A stretch of 64,000 bases of DNA from Blastocystis sp. Blastoise (taxonomy: Eukaryota > Protista > Bigyra: Opalinata), in assembly GCA_039096225.1 (NCBI GenBank), contig JBBPEB010000033.1, positions 868,001-932,000 of the forward strand, given 5' to 3'. A program made the position numbers and the translations under genes. Shown here one piece after another: positions 53,880-64,000 of this stretch. Numbering within the stretch: the stretch's first letter is position 1; each line of letters starts with the position of its first letter. Below the pieces are notes generated by a model. The model had not been told where the DNA came from and searched no databases. It saw only the letters and a list, made by a program, of their open reading frames with translations.

Positions 53880-54699
53880 ATGAGATTGTTCAATTGAATG
53901 AGGAAATTGAAAAGCAAAAGTTGGAGATCCATCAACTTGTATATATATATATTTAAATATATATAGTATTATTTATTGTTTTGATTAGAAAGAAAAAGAA
54001 AATCAAGTTGTTGACCATAGTGATCAAGTATATATATATATGATATAATATAAATAATAATAATAATAATAATAATATATATATATAGATGAAGGCTATG
54101 TCTATAGCTCAAGAGGATATGATTCAGATGGAAAACACCATCAAAGATCTTGAAAAGAAACTAGAGAAGACCGAAAGAGAACGCGATTTGAAATACCATG
54201 AATATGAAGAAGAGATCGCTCATAAACAGGAAGAAATCGATATATTAAATTCGAGCACTGCACAATTAAAGAAGGTAGAGAGTAAGTTGGATCTCTATAA
54301 ACAAAAATTAGAGGAGATGAAGACAATTCAGGATGAGAAGAATGCCTTACAGTTACAATTGAATCAACTTCAAGACTCTGCATCTCTCTCTTCTTCTATT
54401 CACGGGAATGAGGAAGATGCTAAGAAGACAATCCAGACTCAAAAGGAAGAAATCAATCAATTACAACTTGCGCTTAAGGAGAAAACCGATGAAATCTCTC
54501 ATTATATCAGTGATAATGATAATAAAACTAAATTAATTCGTAGTCTTCAATCGGATCTCCAACATCTCCAGACCCCTACTAAGGACGACGAAGATCGAGA
54601 CGAAGATCCTCTACTCACCTCCCTGGGAAATACAAGTCCCATGTATGCGGGAACCGTCGGATTTGATGCCGAAGAACCCAAAGATGATGCTACTATAGT

Positions 54700-54738
<39 letters not shown>

Positions 54739-54798
54739 GCATCTTCAAGAAGAACTCTCAACTGCCAAAGAAGAAGTATATATAATAATAATAATAAT

Positions 54799-54830
<32 letters not shown>

Positions 54831-55260
54831 GATTGAACGTCAGAATCATGAAATGGATGAATTGAAATCTACAATTCGTTCTCTATCTTCGGTAAAGGAT
54901 GAAGAGAAGAAGAAAGAGAGTGATGTATCAACACGACTTATGGAGGCCATTAAGGAGAAAGACACTAGAATCTTAGCTCTCGAGGACGAGAAGAAAAAGG
55001 CAGAAGAAATTGCAAAGAGAGCATTTGCCAAGTTGAAGATGGAGAAGGATATCAATGTGACTCTCGATGAAGATAATCTTAAATTAAAGCGTATGATCGT
55101 AGAAAAGGATAATGATATGGCGAATGAACAAACATCCCTTTGGGCTGTCATGCACAATCTTGGAAATAAAGTATTAGATCGTTTTTATTATTCAAATCTC
55201 CAGGATTATAAGAGTGAAAGTTGGATAGAACAAGCAAGAAATGCACAAAATAAATTATAG
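52872..55260 (+). CDS. HOOK: Hook-family microtubule/dynein adaptor
   Basis: CLIKWVNSI...LKDLSDG...DPFF Hook domain; LLEYVLTAAVHSPHKQDFIDNI; long coiled coil; C-terminal EQTSLWAVMHNLG and SWIEQARNAQ. Confidence 0.8.
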
Positions 55261-56218
55261 ATCCTTATTAAAATACCTATGATCTTGAATCTATTCTTTA
55301 TATCGCCATTCTTTGTGTTCTACTGCATTCTACTTATTAATGTTGCAATTTTATCATTTTTCTTTTTTAATCTCTTTATGCTCTATCATTATGTATTTGG
55401 TGCTTAAATTACTTTTAATTTCATATCTATATTATTTTATACTATTTTCTAGGTCATATGTATTTTAGTATTTTTTTTATTAATAAAAATTCTTAAATTT
55501 ATTTATTACTTCTGATCTATATATAGTCTGTCATTATCCTATGTAAATTATTTTTCTACGTTTATTTTTATTTATTTTGTTTTATGGTTGTATTTTCTTT
55601 TTATTAATAGGGGCCATCATTAATCCTATTTAAAATAATCCTACTCTTATTATCCAATGACAACTTTTTATTAATAAAATGATATAAATATATAACATAA
55701 ATTGTAACATAATATTATACACATATGCTTTTTCACTTGATTTGTATATAAACTATATGTTTCATGTTATATTGAATGTATATATCTTCGGAAAAACAAG
55801 AACTTTTCTGGTACATTATGGAAAAAATAAATATATACAATAATAAAAATAACAAATAAATTATAAAGAAAAAATACTATATATATAAATTTTAAGCATA
55901 TACACAAGTAAAACAACAGAACAATAAATTCTCCAATGTGGTTAACCAAAAATAAATATTTGGTTGATCAAACTTAATAACATCAAACCAGTTTAATAAA
56001 CCGAAAGAAAAATAATTTAATCGTATATACATGAATAATTAAAAAACAATAACTTTTTCTCAATTTAATAAATGTAAGACGCATATAATTCTTTACAAAA
56101 GCATACGTTTAATCTTATAAACTCAATTATATAGACCAATATATTAAAAAAATAGTTAAATAAAAACTAGTTTAGTCTTAAATAATTTCAGTCGTTCTTA
56201 TTTCTTGTAGATATTACT

Positions 56219-57761
56219 ATGAAGACAAGATGTATTATTTCAATTCTTATATTTTTCTGTATATCACCTATTTTTGGAGATGAATACGAGAGTTGGATGG
56301 AAGATAATTATGATTTCATATTCAATCGAACACTTTTTGAGATTACTCTTCCAGGAACACATGATAGTGGTATTTCAATAATGTAAAAAATATGAAAATT
56401 GTGTAATATAGGTGCCTATTGGTTTTCTAAAGAAATTGGGTTATATTCTCGTTTTTATAATCCTGATGAAGAGAAACGACTGCTAAAAGGCGTTCCTGAG
56501 GATGATGCTACAAATATGTTTTTAATTAACCTTCTTTCTGTGACTGGTGTAAAATATTGGAAGATTGGTATACCCTGGGGTATAACTCAAAGTTATAATA
56601 TTTCAGAACAATTGTATCATGGAATACGATATAATGATCTTCGCGTATTATGGAATGGAAAGAATTGGTATATATATAGTTAAGTTACTTTTCTATTTCC
56701 TCTAGGTATATTCACCACACATTAACAGGCACTTTATTTGAAGACATTCTTCAGGATTATAAACACTTTATAGAATCTCATATATCCATTTTATTTAGGT
56801 ATCATTATTCATAACATATATTCTTTATCGTTTCCTTGTTTTCTTCTTCTTCTTATTATTATATACCTCTTTAACCCTCTTTACCGTTATGAAATCCTCA
56901 TCTTAGATATCACTCATGTTCAACGGTATTCCTCGAAAGGTATAATATATTATATATTATATATTATATATTATATATTATATATTATATATATATATTA
57001 GATGTAAATATGACACATCTCTTTGATATGATTGATTATTATTTGGGTGATTATTTAGTCCCTCGAGAAACCCCCATTGACCGTTATATAGTGAGGGATT
57101 ATATTCAAAGTAATAAACGAATTATTGTTAATATTGAGAATTGGGAAGAAGTATATAAACGATCCAATTTCTTTTATCATGGTACCATAGTAGAGAGCAC
57201 GTGGGCTAATACGCGTCATCCAATGGAACTCAAGGATACAGCTAACATGTGGTTAACTATAAAGGGTGGAAATGATAAAATGTTCGAGACCTCTTTTACT
57301 ATCACTCCTGACATTTCTGATATCATTTTATCTCTTGTCCCATGCTTATTTCCAGATACTCTTCTAGCCTTTACCGCACAAGTTGGCGGGAACTTCTTTG
57401 AATCATGGATTCATGAGAATCAATATAAACACTTGGGCAATATTCTTATTGTATATATATATATGTATAGTATATATATAATAATAATAATACTATAAAT
57501 ATAGGTAGATAATATAGAGGCTACAGCAGTAGTAGCAAACGTAGTGAATCGAACACAGCGAAACTGTTATGATTCTTATCCCTATAGAAAAAGGTATATG
57601 TATATATCATTATATATATCATATATATATCAATATATATATATAGGATGACCGATAGAATGGACTGTAGATCACTTTTTGAGGATGGATATTGTAACGA
57701 CAAGGGGGATATTGGTGATGTGGCACGTGCCAACTGTCCTCTCAGTTGCAGATTATGCTAA
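56219..57761 (+). CDS. Secreted PI-PLC X-domain (PLCXD/bacterial-type) protein with a C-terminal ShKT domain
   Basis: Signal peptide; ITLPGTHDSGAY; TQSYNISEQLYHGIRYNDLR; H-RYEILILD; C-terminal CYD...DCRSL...YC...NCPLSCRLC* (six Cys). Confidence 0.82.
56782..56884 (+). other. U12-type AT-AC intron in PI-PLC X gene
   Basis: ATATCCAT...CTCTTTAACCCTCTTTAC. Removal gives HFIESH|RYEILILD, matching the PLC-X motif FxxxHxxExxILD. Confidence 0.85.
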
Positions 57762-58170
57762 TATATAATTAAATAATGACTTTTATATTATGTGTTTTCA
57801 TGTAATTGCCTATATATTATTTTGTATAATTACTTTTGCTGATTATTTTGATTTAATGAAATTTGTTTATTTAATATGATAATTGATTCTTAGTATATAA
57901 TTGAATGAACATTACATGATGGCATCAAATTATATAGAGTTATATATATAATTATTCATATAAATAATTAAAGCATACTTCGTTTATGAGATGCATATCA
58001 TAAAATATAATGAAAAAGAAATATAAAACAAAACACAATATAATATGTTGTTATGAACAAAGAGAATGAAAAGAAGAGAAAACTTATAAAAAAAAACTCA
58101 TATATATATATTCAAACAAAAAGAGAAAAGAGGAAAATATCTATATATATAGAAATGATTATATTTTTAG

Positions 58171-59570
58171 TTACTTTGCCTCCTCTTCAGCGTCCTCTTC
58201 AGAATCATACGCAACGTCTTTAGAATGGAAAAACTGTTCCAAATATAAAGCAAAGTTCTATATAAATAATAATAATAATAGACTGATATATAATACCATG
58301 ATATATATATGTTCTATTATTATATATACTGTGGTATTATCTATATTGGTGACACCGCGATAGATCTGATGTACAGATATGATGAATTTTGCGTGCATTT
58401 TATTCAATGTCTCATCATTAGGCAGTTTTTTGGATCGTAGAGGTGAGATAAAGTCCATTGTTTGTTCCATAATATTCTGAATAACTGTTATAATAGACTG
58501 ATTAAAAAGGAAAGTATGATGATCCAGTATGGTAATTAATTTCTTCAGTGATCGACGCAGTATGTCGTAATAATTACATGTATCTGCGTCATCAGAGTCT
58601 TCTTTAGAAGCCTTTGTAGAGTTATAAATAGAGTTATTATTTGTGTCCTTAGGAGGTATCACTCCCTCCTTCTCTATAGCGCTAATATCCAAGTCAACAC
58701 CCTCCTTTTTAGAGTCAGTTTTCCCCTCTGTATTTACTGTTAGATTATTATTATTATTATTAGTAGTAGCATGTGTATTATTGATATTTACCGTTTCTTT
58801 TTCAGGAGATGACGCATCTATTTCGTACGAATGAATATCATACGATGGAAGCATACTTAATCCCACGGGTATGTAATTCCCGTGATTATTCTGCTTCTCA
58901 GTTTGAATAACCGTGAATAAATCGTTAAAAGCTGGATCGATCACTTCATATTGTAAATAATCATAAAGTTGTACGGCGAACTTTGTAAAGAGGGATTTCA
59001 GTACGAGTGTCTTTCGAATAGAGTACGATGACGAGTCGCGCGCCTTCTGGTAGGACGTGAGACGGAAGTCTTGTCGGAAATCGCTCGTTATAGAGGATAA
59101 TTCCATTAACTATATATATATATATGTATATATATATATACAATATATTTAACTCGGAGAAGTAGTGAGGAGAGACAGGTGAGCACGTGCACGTCGTTCT
59201 GTTCAAGGAGGAGTGAGAGGGGGAATGGGGGACGGTACTCCAGAGACATGTGATTCCATGTATCCATAATGTGACTATGAACATTCTTCTATATATATAT
59301 AATATATATATAATAATATACAATATATATATATATATATATACAGGCATATAACTCCATTTTTGGAGGTATAATACTTCTTTAGGATCTGAGGTCATTC
59401 CCGTGGGAATAGACGACATCGTGAAACCTACCCAGCAGGTATCTTTCGGTGTTGGCCGGACATTGGCAGCCTTTGATTCATAATTCTCTTCATCCCCGCG
59501 GTTATCTGGGTAATGTCTGAGAGATTTCATTAATGTCTCAAGCGTCATCGAATAAGTAAGAAGAGGCGTG

Positions 59571-59615
<45 letters not shown>

Positions 59616-59868
59616 ATATCTGTGAGGTATACATCAAGATTATAAGAGAGATCCGTAGTGGTATATAAGTGGATTTTGACGTTGATAGTGGTCATTCCCG
59701 CGGGGATAGCGTGTGAGCATCGACTGTGGACGGATCCAGAGCAGAGAGTACCGTGACCCTCGTTATATTGTATGGAGACATGGGGTTCTAGTTGTTGCCC
59801 GGCATGAATAGACGCGGTAGGATGAAGATCAAACTCGATGACGAAGGCATTATTGAGGGACATATAGC

Positions 59869-59962
<94 letters not shown>

Positions 59963-62022
59963 CTTAACAAATACACCAATAATAATAATAATAATAATAT
60001 AAGTAATATATATACCCAAGACCCTCTAGCGCCCTTCCAATGGCGGGAATGGAGTAGTTTTGAAGTATAAATGCGAACCCCTGAACCGCGGGTCCTACTT
60101 GGAGGGAAAACGATGTGAAGTATGAAGGAATTATATATATATAAATTAATAATAAATGGATAATCGCGGGAATTATCATAAAGGATATGTAGTAAATCCA
60201 TCATATATATATAGTTTATTACTTGTATATAGAGAAGCGGCAGTGACATTATTACTACCACTACGATAACCCATATATATACCTTCTGTAGTTGAGTTAT
60301 TACAGAGATAATCACCATATAAATAGAAATAACCTTCCATATAAGGTCTATATATATATAGAATATATATATATATATATACTTAGCCATAGATTTAAAA
60401 TCAAAATCTTCATATATAAGTAACGGATGTATAACAGACTTAGTGTTAACCGTACGAAACACGTGCCTATCTCTTTCTCCTCCAAGCATTTTAGTTTTTG
60501 ATTTATTTAAATAAGAATTATAAGTAACTATATAATAGTATTATATATAATACTATATATATACTATAAGGAGATATAGATGCATATTTAGCTCGAAGAA
60601 CATCAGGAGATTGTATATATAACGATTCAAACCACATTCCATTCCCGAGGAGAGAGACGTTTCGCAGAAGAGTGAGGTAATCCGAAAGGTCATATTTCCC
60701 GCGGATATTATCATATACGTATATATTGATATTATGATGTATCTGATTGACCAGTAACTGAATATCATGAACGTTAGAGGGAAAAGAGAGCGCGGTAAAC
60801 AAGTCCGTAGAAATGTGTTGAAGTTGTTCAAGTGAATAAATAGATAAAGGAGAAGATTCTTGATGAATATTTCTTTTAAATATATATATTAGTTTTCCAA
60901 TATCAAAAACACGTTTTGAAATGATTGTGTTCTTCATAAATTGAGGGACAGAATCTTCATTTAAAACATATCTATTATATAGATCATAGTATAAAACATA
61001 TATATATATATATACTGTGAATTCCAGAATGTATTTTGTAAATCTATATCTAAATACATATAATAATAAATAGTAATAATAATAATAATATATATATATA
61101 TATATATACTTTCATCATTTGAAGAATGTGTAGTAACAGTATTAATAGATATAATGAAGAATTCACTATATATAATATATATATATAAATATATAAAAAT
61201 AAATATATCTATATATACTCAAAAGAATCAGAGATTTCCCCGTAAATAATCCAATGAATAATTTGATTGGTAAATACATATATAGTAATATTATACAATC
61301 TATATATATAGAATAAACAAAAAAATATATATATATATCATTATATAATAAATATAAGTTTAAAGTATCTATATATATATAGATACAATTTGTACATATA
61401 TTGAAGAGAAGGAACGCCTGTGACGCATGCCTCGTAGAGCTGATTGACGAGGGAAATTGGAGAAGAATGATTGGTATATAGAGAGGTACAGAAATTATAC
61501 AAGTGAGGGAGTGTAATATAATACTATATATATATAAATAAGAAATAAATATAGAGAGATAAGGAAGCAATATATATACTTTAGAGAGATTCGTTTTTAC
61601 AATAATTAAATGTTGATCTGGATATTCATCAAATGTTTTCTCCAATTTAGACACATCTTCGCTGTATTCTTGCAAATATTTGTGAATGCCATTACAGAAC
61701 GAGGAGTAATAAGAAGCTATAGAAAGCAAAATAATAATAACATAATATGAAGAAGAGATAAAAATATATATAGCAACATACAATGAATGTTTTGAGTGAA
61801 ATAAGTACACAATTCTCGAATTCTCTTTACATAAAGTCCTATTTGAGCCATATTTGCAAATACAATCTATACAGAATTTAGATAATGGATTAATTATGAA
61901 ACAAATACTTTTTCTTGAACTGATAAGAAAGTACATGAGCTAGTTACTACTAAAGAAGAATCTTGCTCTTCAAATATATCAGAGATATAGCCAAGAAGTG
62001 TAGCAAATAACTCTCTTTGCAT
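58171..62022 (-). CDS. TUBGCP4: Gamma-tubulin complex component 4-like protein with an inserted L-type (legume/ConA-like) lectin domain
   Basis: MQRELFATLLGYISDIF; SFCNGIHKYLQEY; QIIHWIIYG...EFFI; VPQFM...RVFDIGK; LLRNVSLLGNG; LYDYLQYEVIDPAF. These follow the GCP4 GRIP1/GRIP2 order. Confidence 0.78.
59573..59614 (-). other. Intron consisting only of GT(AT)19AG
   Basis: 42 nt; removal joins YLTDM|TTPLLTYSMTLETL in frame, while retention puts the terminal TAG in frame as a stop. Confidence 0.85.
60115..60188 (-). other. U12-type AT-AC intron in GCP4-like gene
   Basis: Perfect ATATCCTTT 5' site; 3' end TTCCTTCATACTTCAC. Removal gives YIYDGFTT|SFSLQVG, restoring the lectin GFTTxF motif. Confidence 0.88.
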
Positions 62023-64000
62023 ATTAGTATAGAATAAGGATTGAATTGAAGAAACACTTTTTTTTTTAGAAAAATCTTGTTTTTTTTTGAAAAAGTAGGC
62101 GAGAAATAACAGTTGTTTTTTCATTTATTTTTTTAAATGATATTTGTGAATATGATGCTTTAAAAATTTACTAATATATATTTTTTGATATCATCATAGT
62201 ATCCTTCATGTGCAAACGTGAGAATAATATTAATATATAGTTTTGTTTGTTTCATTTCCTCAATTATATATATCATTATTGTTAACATAGATACCATTAG
62301 ATATATGAAATGATATAGAAAGCGTTCTAATGTTTTAAACAGTATTTCTCGTTGCTTTTTGTGAATTGAATACTTTTTATGCTTATTATCAGATAAATTG
62401 GCATGCAACTAGTATGAAATGCTGATTGAGTCATGGCCATGATTCTCTGTTGCTATTTCAGTAGTTTTCCTTAATTATATTTTGAATTAGTACTGTTTGA
62501 GTATGATTAGATAATATTATGTATTGATTTAAACTCTGACATAGACAGCATAATATTTGAATGACTTTCTAAATAAAAAGAATTACAAAAAAGCAGATAT
62601 AAATCATATTTCTTGAATTGAATAGTTGGATCTCATTATTTTTATTTGTCTATAATTTATGAATAATATTGATTTACCTTAGTATAGAATAAAAGAAGTT
62701 CTCAAAAGGAAATGTCTACTGTAAAAAAAACGATTATATCATATGATTGATATTCAATAATATATGTTTAGAATAAATAACAAAAGTTATTAATAACAAA
62801 TTCAAGACACTGTTCACAACAAGTTATCACTATGAGGTTTTTCATGGAAATAAAATGCACACAGTCGCCAAATTACTTTGAATAGTGCTTTTGGTTTATT
62901 CCTGCGTCATTATGACGGATTCTTTGTCATAATAAACAAATACTTTCTTTTTAATTGGATATTACTTATATAAAAAAATAAATAATTGGCTCTTTTATCC
63001 AATCATTTTTATTTTGAAGTATTCAGTTTTTATAATTGAGAATTTAAAAGAATTCGTTTTTTGTATTGAAATTGTTAAATTTATTAAACAAAACACTTAT
63101 TTCACAAACCATATACATATACTTATAAACAATAATAGCAATAATAAGAATAATAAAAATAATAGTAATAATAGTAAGAATAATAATAGAAATAATAGTA
63201 GTAAATAAAATGTAATTCATAATTTAGTTCATTTTATAATTTCTATACAGCTTGTTCTCTATATATAAATAAAGGAAAAATAATGAAAAGAATATATAAA
63301 TACAGTATCATTTGGAATCTGAATGTATAGTTTTACTTTATTTACTTATCCTATAAAAAACAATTATTAAAATTAAATAATAACTAAATATACTGTGAAA
63401 TCGTTAAAAACTGAACATTTTCATTGCTATATAAATATATATAAAATATATTTTAAGAACGATATACATTATAAGGACTCTACGAAACTGTTGAAAAGAA
63501 ACTATAAATATATTATCTTCAAATATTTATATATATACTATATCGACTATCAAGATTGATGAAGATCCTAAAAGTATATTGTGTTAACATTAAAGAACCT
63601 AACGAAAGATATTGAAATAGAAATTTGTATATACTATAGTCTTAATTGAATAAAAAAGAATAATATTTGAACTTATATAGTTATTTGTTATTGAAACAAA
63701 ACAAAACAAATTTAAAATAAATCTTTAGAAATAAAATAAAATATGAAACAGAAGAAAATTAAAAAGAAAAGAAAAGAATGACCACAAAAAATTATGGACC
63801 ATATATTAAGCTTTGTATGGTATTTCTTCACAGCATAATTTTAATTGATCAATAGTTGTTTTATTATGTATATATTCATATCCCATCATATATGGAAAAG
63901 GAACTACTTGAATCCATTGACATCTCTAAAAATAAATAAATATCATATAGAATATTAAGACTTACCATTTGATGATTTATATCATTCATAGAGATTCTAG

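Noticed and set aside
62904-62918. Short inverted repeat CGTCATTATGACG and a TGCGTCAT motif also seen near 7126
   Set aside because: Too short to distinguish from chance; no ncRNA or promoter call can be supported.

Overview
Very AT-rich, intron-dense eukaryotic DNA. Several features suggest a Blastocystis-like stramenopile gut protist, though this is inference: TGTTTGTT 3' motifs, frequent U12-type introns, He_PIG-repeat surface proteins and a bacterial-type glycoside hydrolase. Gene models were reconstructed by hand across short introns. In order: a giant Ig/carbohydrate-binding surface protein (runs off the left edge), mitochondrial KAS (OXSM), ALG14, RAD54B-like, a DMFGG-repeat coiled-coil protein, a PDZ protein, a GYF-myosin-MyTH4 protein with a degenerate motor, QPRT, a putative mitochondrial membrane protein, an ~8.3 kb nest of DNA transposons, tRNA-Glu(TTC), an intronless GH78 rhamnosidase, MPST, an MRH-EGF-TM receptor, Hook, a PI-PLC-X/ShKT protein and GCP4. 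The transposon nest holds a decayed hAT, stacked hAT termini and an apparently intact PIF/Harbinger-like element with a TTA target duplication. The main signals are: (1) unusual splicing, with five AT-AC U12-type introns, two probable AT-AG introns, one possible GG-AG intron and an intron that is purely GT(AT)19AG; (2) GCP4 with an L-type lectin domain inserted in it; (3) a pseudo-myosin; (4) the nested, self-inserting transposon structure beside a tRNA and a likely horizontally acquired gene.
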